DNA of 58,173 nt, taken from assembly GCA_011043895.1 (NCBI GenBank), contig DRBZ01000099.1, positions 1 to 58,173 of the forward strand, given 5' to 3'. How positions within the stretch are numbered: position 1 is the first letter of the stretch; each line of letters starts with the position of its first letter. The notes below the pieces were generated by a model. That model had not been told where the DNA came from and searched no databases. It saw only the letters and a program-made list of their open reading frames with translations. This document shows, one piece after another, positions 1-12,453 of this stretch. This DNA comes from Candidatus Cloacimonadota bacterium (lineage in GTDB: Bacteria > Cloacimonadota > Cloacimonadia > JGIOTU-2). Both the position numbers and the translations under genes were made by a program.

Positions 1-224
1 ACAGATATTGACATGTATCCTCCTAAAAAATCATCCTGACTATTCAAGATGTATCTCTCTTTTTTTTTAGCTATGTGTAGTGTCAAGAATTTCACCTAAA
101 AGCATGCATATCCCCAGAATTTTTAGGGAGCATGGCACTTTTTCATTATTACACAATAACCTAATAATAACAAAAGATAAGGGATGGTGCATATCGTCGC
201 AAAGTACTAACATAACAATGATTC

Positions 225-275
225 ACGAAGTATGGGAGATCCTTCTCCTCCAGCCTGCGGATCAGGGTGGCAAAT
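225..275. repeat. GC-rich island with short hairpin in an AT-rich spacer
   Basis: tatgggagatccttc at 231-245 recurs as its reverse complement at 46199-46213. An imperfect hairpin follows: ccagcctg (250-257) / cagggtgg (263-270), 7 of 8 pairs. Confidence 0.5.
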
Positions 276-775
276 GCATATTATGAAAATTATCACTCTA
301 ATCGAAAAGTAATTATATAGTACAAAAAACCAGCAAACCCTTTATTCAAAGTGATTCACAGAAATCAACCTACAATTTTTTGGTAGTATGCCTGTTTCAC
401 CTAAAAGTGGACGTAACTTTTCCTTTGACAAAAGTAATATTATATCAGAACTGTATTCCCCACAAGCTGTTAAATATGACTTCACCAATTTACCAATTCC
501 TAAATTGGTAAATCCATAACTCAAGAAGCCCAACTTCTAACTGGTTTTACCAAACAAGCCTCCATTACATTTCGTCTTAATAAACAAGGCTTGGTAAAGA
601 GGTAAAAATATAAATTCCTCCAGGCTTCGATATGCCCAGACATGGCGAACAGAATAGTCTAAAAGACTTTAATCTTTCAGCGAGGAGTTTTTACTCATCG
701 CTAAGGATCAAATCATAAGCTATAAAATTTGACATTGCCAGACCATGCTGAGGAATGTGATTAAGGTTTTACTCT

Positions 776-3908
<3,133 letters not shown>

Positions 3909-3915
3909 ATGATGT

Positions 3916-3934
3916 GGGGAAGTAAGATGTAGGG
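3916..3934. repeat. Left arm of the imperfect inverted repeat flanking the four-helix-bundle pseudogene
   Basis: ggggaagtaagatgtaggg matches the reverse complement of 4431-4458 (ggggaaagtaggaagtagg...) at about 16 of 19 positions with one gap, aligned by eye. Confidence 0.55.
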
Positions 3935-3973
3935 TGTTGGGTTAAAATATGACTAAAGAGGAAAAATGGTTAA

Positions 3974-4348
3974 AGAGAAGAGCTCAAATTTAACAGTTGC
4001 ATATACTGTTTGGAAGTCTATAAAATTGCCTTTGAAAATGCGATGATCATTTACTCAATTTCAAAAGAATGGCTTATCGAAGAAAGATATTCTCTTACTG
4101 ATTAAATAAGAAGATCTTATAGATCGATTTGTGGAAATATAGCTGAAGCATGGAGAAAAAGAAGATATGAAGCACACTTTGTAAGTAAACTTAGTGATTC
4201 TGGTGCAGAAGCCGCTGAAACCCTAGCATAGTTGCAATTTGCTTATAGGTGTGGATATATAACCAATGAAAGATATGCAAATCTATCGAATAGGTATAAC
4301 CATATATGCAGTATCTTATACAAAATGATGAGAAATTCGAATAAATAG
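3974..4348 (+). pseudogene. Decayed four-helix-bundle protein gene (23S rRNA intervening-sequence protein family)
   Basis: The frame from 4025 reads IAFENAMIIYSISKEWLIEERYSLTD*IRRSYRSICGNIAEAWRKRRYEAHFVSKLSDSGAEAAETLA*LQFAYRCGYITNERYANLSNRYNHICSILYKMMRNSNK*. It keeps the family hallmarks YSLTDQIRR, NIAEAWRKRRY and FVSKLSDS.AEAAET. In-frame TAA at 4103-4105 sits where Gln is expected, and TAG at 4229-4231 sits where Trp is expected. The N-terminal VWKSIKL-type helix lies in a different frame (frameshift). No ORF of 60 aa or more is in the track here. Confidence 0.75.
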
Positions 4349-4430
4349 TGTAAACACTTCTGGAAATTTTTAATACAGAAAGTTTTTTATTATGAGATTT
4401 ATTGTAAAATACTATCTACTCTCAATGTTT

Positions 4431-4458
4431 CCCCTACTTCCTACTTCCTACTTTCCCC
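4431..4458. repeat. Right arm of the inverted repeat, containing a tandem CTACTTC heptamer
   Basis: cccctacttcctacttcctactttcccc. It contains ctacttc twice plus ctacttt, and overlaps the queE stop codon (4448-4450) and its last codons. Confidence 0.55.
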
Positions 4459-5080
4459 TCTTATTCCCCCACAATACTTTATGCAATTGCACATTCATCC
4501 TAATTGGTAGCCTTGTTTCAAGAATCCATTCGGCAAGCTTGGCACTCTCGAGTTTTTCAAAAACGGGAGAAAACAATAGTTGAAATCTTTTTAAATCATA
4601 TTTCTTGATAATGCCAAGTGCCCAATCAAAATCTATTCTGTCACCAATTACAAACTTTATTTCATCATGATTATTTAAAATTTTGAAATTATCCCATAAC
4701 ATTTTATCGCTCATATCGCTGGATGGTGTTTTGATATCCACGATCTTTATCACTTCCATAGGAACTTCTGCCAGCGAGATCGAGTTGTTTGTTTCGAGTA
4801 ATACTTTATAATTCTTCTCAAGCAGTAATGTAAGTAACCTTATTGTGTCTTTTTGTAAAAGTGGCTCTCCACCTGTAATTTCAATAAGTTTTACGGATTG
4901 AAACTTCTTCACTTCATCAATTATTTCTTCAATTGATAAGGTGAATTGTGTATTATATGCATAAGTCGTATCACAATAGCTACAGCGCAAATTACATCCT
5001 GCGAGCCGTATAAAAATACAAGGAAGTCCAGCGTATGAGGACTCCCCTTGCAAACTATAAAAAATTTCTGACAGTTCCAT
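4448..5080 (-). CDS. queE: 7-carboxy-7-deazaguanine synthase (radical SAM)
   Basis: 210 aa. The N-terminal FYSLQGES and the radical-SAM cluster motif CNLRCSYCDT are present. The size is typical of QueE. Its ATG overlaps the upstream stop (ATGA at 5077-5082 region). Confidence 0.9.
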   Translation of the reverse strand: MELSEIFYSLQGESSYAGLPCIFIRLAGCNLRCSYCDTTYAYNTQFTLSIEEIIDEVKKFQSVKLIEITGGEPLLQKDTIRLLTLLLEKNYKVLLETNNSISLAEVPMEVIKIVDIKTPSSDMSDKMLWDNFKILNNHDEIKFVIGDRIDFDWALGIIKKYDLKRFQLLFSPVFEKLESAKLAEWILETRLPIRMNVQLHKVLWGNKRGK

Positions 5081-6294
5081 CAGAAGGGTAGGTAATCGAA
5101 ATGCTTTTTATATCCTAATTTTTTCTCTATTTTCTTTAAAATATCCTCGGGATGACCAATCACAAACATCTTGTTCTCGTCACATTCAAAGAGATAATAA
5201 TCCTTTGCATCCCATGAGAAGTATTTGAGATATTCGACTTTACCAAAAACCGGTTTGCCAGCATAAAGAAGGAGTTCAATATCGCATGTATTGAGGGTCA
5301 CAAAATTCTCGTAAGGATCTTTCTTGTTCATTCTGGTTATCAGCAGATTTGCTTCAGCATCCGTTTCTATCATTCCATGATAAGTGTCCAATTTGAGGGC
5401 TTTTGCAGGATTCTCAGTAACCATTTTAAAAAGTGTTGTATATTCAAGTTCGGGAAATGTTTGCTTTGTATAAATGAGTTCCTTCAAAAGATTAGTACTT
5501 CCAGAAAGCGTTGAATCCGTTCCAAGACAAACATTAACGCCCAATCGTAACACGAGATCGATATCCAGCGTGGTTCCGAGAAGATAGATGTTTGAGTTCG
5601 GGCACCATGCGATACTTGCTCCGGCAGACTTGACTTGTTTAAACTGCTCCTCTGTCAAGGCAGTACAATGTACAAGAATCGAATTATTTTTTAAAAGACC
5701 CAGTTTTACTAATTCATCGAATTCACTTCGCGCCAGCTCATCGCTTCCCTCTGCCAGATGAATGATGAAGGGAATTTTGCCTGCCGTTTTTTTCATCTCT
5801 TCCGCAAGTTCATCCCCCCCCCACCAATTTTGCTTTGTAATCGAATGCCCTTGCTGATAATCTGGGATAACTTTGATCGGAAATGCTTGATAATAATCCT
5901 CTTTCTGGCGTGGCACATGATCCTGTACAACTGTTACACCCGAAAAAATATTTTTGTACGCACCAAGAAGCGCCAGATCCAATCCATTGTCATTAAGAAG
6001 ATCATGAAGGTTTGATTTCCAGAATTTATCCCGTTCTTTTACTGATTCGGATTCGTTAAGCTCATCAACCCAGATGCTAGTGTTTGCATAAGGACGACTC
6101 GGAGCTCCTTTTGGAACCCAATTTCCCACGAGATGATCATGAATATTTATCAATGAAGGATAAGCGATCAATCCTGTACATTCTGCCTGGATCTTATCAT
6201 AAGATTTATCCGAAAACTTCCCATTGGTAATAGAAAGATTTCCGATTGTATGCTCTTTGGCATCTTTAACAATTAAAACATTTGCAAATTCCAT
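5080..6294 (-). CDS. Amidohydrolase-superfamily protein (metal-dependent hydrolase/deaminase type), substrate unknown
   Basis: The metal-binding motif INIHDHLVGNW lies near the N-terminus. HLAEG, a later VHC and a GTDS segment are spaced as in amidohydrolase TIM barrels. I prefer ATG 6294 over the track TTG at 6303. Confidence 0.7.
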   Translation of the reverse strand: MEFANVLIVKDAKEHTIGNLSITNGKFSDKSYDKIQAECTGLIAYPSLINIHDHLVGNWVPKGAPSRPYANTSIWVDELNESESVKERDKFWKSNLHDLLNDNGLDLALLGAYKNIFSGVTVVQDHVPRQKEDYYQAFPIKVIPDYQQGHSITKQNWWGGDELAEEMKKTAGKIPFIIHLAEGSDELARSEFDELVKLGLLKNNSILVHCTALTEEQFKQVKSAGASIAWCPNSNIYLLGTTLDIDLVLRLGVNVCLGTDSTLSGSTNLLKELIYTKQTFPELEYTTLFKMVTENPAKALKLDTYHGMIETDAEANLLITRMNKKDPYENFVTLNTCDIELLLYAGKPVFGKVEYLKYFSWDAKDYYLFECDENKMFVIGHPEDILKKIEKKLGYKKHFDYLPF

Positions 6295-6319
6295 ATTCAC
6301 CAACTTATGTTCATAATAA

Positions 6320-7501
6320 TTATTTAGACAATTCTTTTATTAACTGCGGAATCACTTCAAACAGGTCTCCAACGATACCCACATCAGCAGCTTTGAAAAT
6401 TGGTGCATCCTTATCTTTATTGATCGCTACAATAATATCAGAGGATTGCATACCAACAAGATGCTGAACTGCTCCAGATACCCCACAGGCGATATACACC
6501 TTCGGTTTGACAGTCTTTCCAGTCTGACCAACCTGATGTGAATATTCGATCCAGCCAGCATCAACTGCAGCCCTAGAAGCACCGACAGCAGCATTAAGAG
6601 TAGATGCAAGCTCTCGTAATAATGAGAAATTCTCTGCACATTTTAGTCCTCGTCCACCAGTTACAATAATATCAGCTTCAGTAAGTTTGACTTGTTGGGT
6701 CTCATCTTTAATTGATTGTAAAAATTTCGAAACAATCTTTGTTGTATTGAGCGTTACCTTTTCATTAATAATCTCACCTGTTCTATTTGTGTCTTCAGGT
6801 AATGGGTCAAAAACTTTGTGACGTACAGTAGCCATTTGCGGACGATAATTTTCCGAACGGATCTGTGCCATGATATTACCGCCAAAGGCAGGTCTCGTCT
6901 GAACAAGATCATGGGTTTCTGGGCAAATGTGTAGGTCTGTACAATCTGCTGTCAGTCCTGTGTGAAGAGCAACTGCGAGTCTTGGAAGGAACGATCTCCC
7001 AATTGCTGTTGCTCCGCTTATCAAAATTTCTGGTTTATATTTATTCACTATTTGATACAGTGCTTGTGTGTAAGGTTCGTCGAGGAATTTTTCCAGAAGT
7101 GGATCTTCTACGATAATGACTTTGTCAGCGCCATGATGTATAAGTTTCTCGGGCTTATCTTTAAAATTAAATCCAAATAATACTGCAATAACCTCTTTTT
7201 TCAGATCATCAGCGAGGTCCCGTGCTTTACCTAATATCTCGAAGGAGATTGGCATGATATCTCCGTTCTTTTGCTCGGTAAAGACCATGACTCCTGAATA
7301 ATCCGCAAGATTTTTAGCAGTATCCTGCTCCTTAGAAATATTGATTGCATCTACAGGGCATTCCGGTACACAAGCTCCGCAAAGAGTACACCCGTTCAAG
7401 TCAATTATTGCCTTCTTATCTTCAAGTATAATGGCATGATATGGGCAAACTGGAACGCATTTACCACATCCGATACATTTATCAAATATTATTTTAATCA
7501 A
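6320..7501 (-). CDS. etfA: Electron transfer flavoprotein alpha subunit fused to an N-terminal 2x[4Fe-4S] ferredoxin domain
   Basis: CIGCGKCVPVCP and CTLCGACVPECP motifs occupy the first 55 aa. An EtfA body follows, with the FAD-binding C-terminus (IVTGGRGL, PKVYIACGVSGAVQHLVGM, IVAINKD). The start is TTG, preceded by a ggagg RBS. Confidence 0.85.
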   Translation of the reverse strand: MIKIIFDKCIGCGKCVPVCPYHAIILEDKKAIIDLNGCTLCGACVPECPVDAINISKEQDTAKNLADYSGVMVFTEQKNGDIMPISFEILGKARDLADDLKKEVIAVLFGFNFKDKPEKLIHHGADKVIIVEDPLLEKFLDEPYTQALYQIVNKYKPEILISGATAIGRSFLPRLAVALHTGLTADCTDLHICPETHDLVQTRPAFGGNIMAQIRSENYRPQMATVRHKVFDPLPEDTNRTGEIINEKVTLNTTKIVSKFLQSIKDETQQVKLTEADIIVTGGRGLKCAENFSLLRELASTLNAAVGASRAAVDAGWIEYSHQVGQTGKTVKPKVYIACGVSGAVQHLVGMQSSDIIVAINKDKDAPIFKAADVGIVGDLFEVIPQLIKELSK

Positions 7502-7571
7502 GATACCTCCACTCTGAAAAAAAGAAACGATTTATTTTTCGTCAAGTTACTCAGATAATTCGGATTATTCA

Positions 7572-8516
7572 TTATTTATAAAGTAAATAAATATAAACTA
7601 CATAAATAGCGATCAGAAATATCCCTTGCAATCTGCCAATGTTTCTTAGAACGCGTGAAAAAATAAAGAAAAGTACTGCTATTGCCAGACAGAAAACAAC
7701 ATCGATTATCACTTCAGTTCCAAGCTTAATCGGTTTGATAGTTGAAGCGATGCCGAGTACAAAAAGTATATTGAATATATTACTCCCTACAATATTTCCC
7801 ACTGCTATTGATACTTTCCCTTTTATCACTGCAACAATCGAGGTTACGATCTCAGGGATCGAAGTGCCAAGCGCAACCACACTCATTCCGATCACTTTAT
7901 CACTGACTCCCCACATCGAAGCGATTTGTGATGCATTTTGAACGGCAAGATGTCCACCGTATGCTATACCTGCACCTCCCAATATCGTTAAAAGGATATT
8001 TTTTAATAATGAAGACTTCGGCTCTTCTGGTTGCTGGGTGCATCTGTCACGTTTTGCCATCTGGTAGAGATAAAGCACGAAACACATAAAGAGTATCAGC
8101 ATAAGAATTCCCTCAAAACGTGAAACATATATCACTGTTACAGCTTTTCTTGAAAAATTAAGTACAAAAAGCAGCACTAAAGTAGTGATGAATATCATAA
8201 AGGGATTTTCAATTTTTTTCGTACTGCCTTCAAAATGAATTGGTTTGATCAATGCAGCAATGCCGATTGCAAGACAAATGTTAGCAATATTACTTCCAAT
8301 AACGTTGCCAAAAGCAATACCATTTACCCCTGTCAACGAAGCACTGATACTCACTGCAGCTTCCGGTGCACTTGTGCCGATCGCAGCGATGGTCAAGCCG
8401 ATGAAAAGTGGTGATACCCTCAAAAATTGAGCGATGTTCGAAGTGCCTTCGATAAAGAAATCAGCACCTTTTGCAAGGAGTACAAATGATACAACTAATA
8501 ATATATAAGGTATCAT
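7572..8516 (-). CDS. Ca2+/Na+ antiporter (CaCA/YrbG family)
   Basis: 314-aa polytopic membrane protein with the two alpha-repeats GTSAPE...GNVIGSNI and GTSIPE...GNIVGSNIFN. Confidence 0.85.
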   Translation of the reverse strand: MIPYILLVVSFVLLAKGADFFIEGTSNIAQFLRVSPLFIGLTIAAIGTSAPEAAVSISASLTGVNGIAFGNVIGSNIANICLAIGIAALIKPIHFEGSTKKIENPFMIFITTLVLLFVLNFSRKAVTVIYVSRFEGILMLILFMCFVLYLYQMAKRDRCTQQPEEPKSSLLKNILLTILGGAGIAYGGHLAVQNASQIASMWGVSDKVIGMSVVALGTSIPEIVTSIVAVIKGKVSIAVGNIVGSNIFNILFVLGIASTIKPIKLGTEVIIDVVFCLAIAVLFFIFSRVLRNIGRLQGIFLIAIYVVYIYLLYK

Positions 8517-9293
8517 TTATACTTCAATCCACTCAGTGGGTTTATATTGTTCTGCTATAAATAAATTACACATTGCCTGCCGTTCTTTCAGAAATCTTTG
8601 CATTGAGTTGAACGCAAGATCGGGCTTATTATTGACCTCACTCAGATGAGCGAGCACGATATTTTTCAATCCATCATGAAGTACTTCCTCGAGTAACTCG
8701 ATCGCCTGTATATTAGAAAGATGCCCATTTTTTCCCTTCACACGCTGCTTCAGCCACCATTGATACGGTCCATTAATAAGCATGTCAATATCATGGTTAC
8801 TTTCTAGAATAACGGTACTCGGTTTTTTCATCATCTCTTTTACCAGCATAGTCGGATAGCCAAGATCTGTGATGACACCCAATTTATGTGGATATCCTCT
8901 TTCTGAGATAAGAAAGCATGAACTATCTACACTGTCATGAGGTACCGAAAAGGGATCTATAAGAAGGTCATTGAATGTAAATTTTTGACCATTCTCAAAG
9001 TGAATTAATTCTGGAATCCTACCAAATCTTCTTAGCCCCACTCTATAGGTAGCTTCGTTAACTAATAATGGAATTCTAAAATTTCGCGCAATCGCACCAG
9101 CTCCTTTGATATGGTCGGAATGCTCGTGTGAGATGAGGATTGCTTTGATTTTCTCGACTGGAAAATCGATCTCGAAAAGGATCTCTTTTATCTTCCTCAT
9201 GCTCAGCCCTGCATCAATCAGGATCGATGTCTGCTCACCTGAGACAAGGATACAATTGCCTTTACTTCCGCTTGCTAAAACTCGAACTTTCAT
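8517..9293 (-). CDS. MBL-fold metallo-hydrolase (YycJ-like)
   Basis: MKVRVLASGSKGNC start and the HEHSDH metal motif. I use ATG 9293 rather than the track start 9335, because homologs begin at the MK..LGSGS strand. Confidence 0.8.
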   Translation of the reverse strand: MKVRVLASGSKGNCILVSGEQTSILIDAGLSMRKIKEILFEIDFPVEKIKAILISHEHSDHIKGAGAIARNFRIPLLVNEATYRVGLRRFGRIPELIHFENGQKFTFNDLLIDPFSVPHDSVDSSCFLISERGYPHKLGVITDLGYPTMLVKEMMKKPSTVILESNHDIDMLINGPYQWWLKQRVKGKNGHLSNIQAIELLEEVLHDGLKNIVLAHLSEVNNKPDLAFNSMQRFLKERQAMCNLFIAEQYKPTEWIEV

Positions 9294-9414
9294 AATAATT
9301 GGAGATGAATTCCAATATAGTGGATGTGTTGTCAATAAAAAAGCTTAACACTTCACAGTTTACTACATCTTCTCCTATTAGTACTCTTTTTCTAGTGATT
9401 TAAAATCTTTAGAC

Positions 9415-10539
9415 TCATTGCTTCCACCGATAACCACTCAAAGATCCTAATAAACCAAACACTATGAAATAAGGAGCATAAAGGACCTCTACAAAGGGAA
9501 AGAGCAGGAGGATGAGAAACTCTTTGAAAAGCACTGCTCCACGTAACAGTAAAAGAAGATCTGCACAGCTTTTGATCAGGAAGGGTACCAAAAAATATTT
9601 CCAGGGAACAAGACCGATAAGGCATAGGACGAAGGCAAAGACAAGAAACACAAGAAATATGAATGTCATAAATGAAATCAGTTTAATAGATAGTGGATAA
9701 AATCTAAATTTTGATCCACGCCTTTTCTCCTGGTGAAAGCATTCAGAAGAAGTTTTATCTTCGATAGATGGTACAATACTTTCTTTTGAACTGATGAATC
9801 CCAACCTATATTTCTTTGTCCTGCTGATCTTCTGCAAAAAGAGATCATCATCCCCCGATGGAATAAATCCTATGCCTTCAAAACCCTCCATATCTTTGAA
9901 TACCGATTTTCTATAAGCAAAATTCCTGCCCGTTGCAGTGATTCCCCAGTTCCATCCGATACTTCCTGCTGAAAAAGTGAACATCGCAAGCCGCTCGAGC
10001 TTTTTAAGTAAATGAACGATCTTTTTTCCGAAACTGGTTTTAGTAGTCAGGAGAGGAGAATATCCAACAATGACATCATATCTGTACCAAAAAGCATCAT
10101 TCATAGCGCGCATCCAACCGGGACGAGGTCTACAGTCAGCATCAGTGAAGAGAAGCACATCCCCCTTTGCAACTCTGATACCCTCAGTTAACGCTCTTTT
10201 TTTACCTACAAATTCAGGAATAACATCCTCAATTTTATAATATTTTATTTGTGAATATTTTGACGAGTAGTTGTTCAGAATATTATCCGTCTGGTCTTCT
10301 GAACGGTCGTTGATTACTATTATTTCATATAAGTCTTTTGGATAATCCTGTTGTATGAGTGCATCAAGTAAACCTACAAGATGCTTTTCCTCGTTTCGTG
10401 CTGCGATGATTACAGAAATGAAATACTTTTTTTTTACAGGTATGTTTTTACTTATCGTGTAGAAAGTACCAGCAAGAATAAAAAGCAGAAATGCTACATA
10501 AACACTGCATAGCACAAAGAGGATATAAAAGATGATCAT
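9415..10539 (-). CDS. Family 2 glycosyltransferase with flanking transmembrane segments
   Basis: An N-terminal TM is followed by SVIIAARNEE, INDRSEDQT and TDADC (DxD-type) motifs, and then C-terminal TM helices. Confidence 0.75.
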   Translation of the reverse strand: MIIFYILFVLCSVYVAFLLFILAGTFYTISKNIPVKKKYFISVIIAARNEEKHLVGLLDALIQQDYPKDLYEIIVINDRSEDQTDNILNNYSSKYSQIKYYKIEDVIPEFVGKKRALTEGIRVAKGDVLLFTDADCRPRPGWMRAMNDAFWYRYDVIVGYSPLLTTKTSFGKKIVHLLKKLERLAMFTFSAGSIGWNWGITATGRNFAYRKSVFKDMEGFEGIGFIPSGDDDLFLQKISRTKKYRLGFISSKESIVPSIEDKTSSECFHQEKRRGSKFRFYPLSIKLISFMTFIFLVFLVFAFVLCLIGLVPWKYFLVPFLIKSCADLLLLLRGAVLFKEFLILLLFPFVEVLYAPYFIVFGLLGSLSGYRWKQ

Positions 10540-11552
10540 AGCATTTTGAGCCCTTTTATTGGTGAAGCATTAAGATCCAGTGAAGCAAATTTTCTCAGCT
10601 TGTATTTAAACTGTGCTGCAGCTCCGATCATTGCAGCATTATCAGTACAATATTCAAGTGAAGGATACAAAAGTTTAATATTGTTCTTCGAGCCATAGTC
10701 TTTGAAAATCTTCCTTAATGCAGAATTTGCCGCCACACCACCAGATAATAAAAGTGTTGTCAGCTTAAATTGCTCAATAGCTTTGGTTGTTTTTATGAAC
10801 AATGACATCACTATTGCCCGTTGATAACTTGCGGCGAAATCATGGAGTTCCTGTTCGGTCATACTGTTGTGCTCTTTCAGATATAGCATAGCAGCAGTTT
10901 TCAATCCACTGAAACTGAAATCATAGTTATCATGTTTGATCATTGGAAGTGGAAATTCTATTGTTTCTGGATTCCCTTTCTTTGCCATCTTATCGATATG
11001 AGGTCCTCCTGGATAAGGTGTTCCAAGAAGTTTCCCAATTTTATCAAATGCTTCTCCTGCCGCATCGTCAACAGTTTTACCAAGTATCGTAAAATCATCA
11101 AAAGATCGAAAATGAACAAGCCCCGTATGACCACCGGAAACAACGAGTGAAAGGAATGGGAACATGATATCTTTATTTTCAATAAAGTTAGCAAACACAT
11201 GTCCGAGTATATGGTTCACAGCGATAAGAGGAATTTTCAGACTGTATGCAAGCCCTTTTGCAAAGGAAACACCTACAAGTAATGATCCGATCAAGCCAGG
11301 ATTTGCTGAAACTGCAAGTGCATCGAGATCATTCTTTTTTACTCCTGCTTTTTCAAGAGCAAGTTCAACAACCGGCACAATTGTTTTGATATGTTCTCTG
11401 GAGGCAAGTTCGGGAACAATGCCTCCATATCTTTCATGTACTTCTTCTTGTGATGAGATCACGTTTGACAGGACATCAAAATTAACATCAACAAGTGCTG
11501 CTGCAGTGTCGTCGCAGGATGTTTCTATCGCAAGAATAAGTGGTTTCTGCAT
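10536..11552 (-). CDS. tsaD: tRNA N6-adenosine threonylcarbamoyltransferase
   Basis: ILAIETSCDDTAAA N-terminus, HILGH metal site and GGVAANS. The length is 338 aa. Confidence 0.92.
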   Translation of the reverse strand: MQKPLILAIETSCDDTAAALVDVNFDVLSNVISSQEEVHERYGGIVPELASREHIKTIVPVVELALEKAGVKKNDLDALAVSANPGLIGSLLVGVSFAKGLAYSLKIPLIAVNHILGHVFANFIENKDIMFPFLSLVVSGGHTGLVHFRSFDDFTILGKTVDDAAGEAFDKIGKLLGTPYPGGPHIDKMAKKGNPETIEFPLPMIKHDNYDFSFSGLKTAAMLYLKEHNSMTEQELHDFAASYQRAIVMSLFIKTTKAIEQFKLTTLLLSGGVAANSALRKIFKDYGSKNNIKLLYPSLEYCTDNAAMIGAAAQFKYKLRKFASLDLNASPIKGLKML

Positions 11553-11559
11553 ACAGAAA

Positions 11560-12453
11560 TTACTGAGAAATGCTCTTGATTCTCACAACTTCGGGAGTCT
11601 GTCCAAGCAACTCTACACCTTCAGGAACTTCGATTTCGACCGGCACTTCATCATCTACTTTAACAGAATCTGGCACTATTGCAGTAGCATAAATATCCTT
11701 CTCTTCAAGAATCGTAATCAATTCCTCTTCAGCTAAAATCTTGATACTGACCGAAGGTGGGAAAATAGAAATCCCTTCAGGGGTTGCGATTGGTATCAAC
11801 GACATGGTTTTCTGAAGGAATGCAGGTTCTTTTTTTGTAATGTCAATAGTATATACATCATACTCAACCATCGCTTCCTTGGGCTGAATGAGACTGAGGT
11901 GCGGATCTTGTACATGAATTTCTTTATCAAATGGAACTGAGGGAACTTCCTCAATTCTTGATAGATAGGATTGTGGTCCAGTCAGCACAATTTCTTTTGG
12001 TGATATGTCAAGTTCATTTTCTATGAAATATACTTTACTCGAATCATCTGCAAATTCCAGCCTAATCGGAACGGTCTGAGTGCTCATATTATCCATTACC
12101 ACAAGAATATCATCAATTGCAGGATGTTGTATGATATTGAGATCGTGTTCTTTAAAGCCGTTTATTTCATCCCAGTTTATTGGTAAATAGTTCTTACCAT
12201 AATGTACATCCTTCAGGTCTATATGGTAGGCATACTTCTTAGTAGTAAATGCAAGTATATCCTGTCCCTTGCCCTCAACGGTCATAGTTATTGTTTCTGG
12301 CTCCATCTTGATGAGCACAAGGGCACTGGGAGCATTGGAAATAGTGATGGGAAATTCGACATTCACTTTTTGGGTTTTCGTCATATTTATTTCGAACCAG
12401 ATGAAAGCTGCAAGTATAAATGCAAGTAGAAAAATCCAGATTCGTTTATTCAT
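11560..12453 (-). CDS. YbbR-domain protein (CdaR-like)
   Basis: An N-terminal TM is followed by repeated beta-rich modules of about 85 aa with the YbbR pattern (V.V.I......P.GV...). No cdaA lies nearby. Confidence 0.55.
   Translation of the reverse strand: MNKRIWIFLLAFILAAFIWFEINMTKTQKVNVEFPITISNAPSALVLIKMEPETITMTVEGKGQDILAFTTKKYAYHIDLKDVHYGKNYLPINWDEINGFKEHDLNIIQHPAIDDILVVMDNMSTQTVPIRLEFADDSSKVYFIENELDISPKEIVLTGPQSYLSRIEEVPSVPFDKEIHVQDPHLSLIQPKEAMVEYDVYTIDITKKEPAFLQKTMSLIPIATPEGISIFPPSVSIKILAEEELITILEEKDIYATAIVPDSVKVDDEVPVEIEVPEGVELLGQTPEVVRIKSISQ

Noticed and set aside
4392-4583. 63-aa plus-strand ORF.
   Set aside because: It reads through the inverted-repeat arm and then runs antisense to the queE 3' end.
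11164-11736. 190-aa plus-strand ORF.
   Set aside because: It is antisense to tsaD and to the YbbR gene. It is S/T/A-rich low-complexity sequence with no start context, and the tsaD frame is unambiguous.
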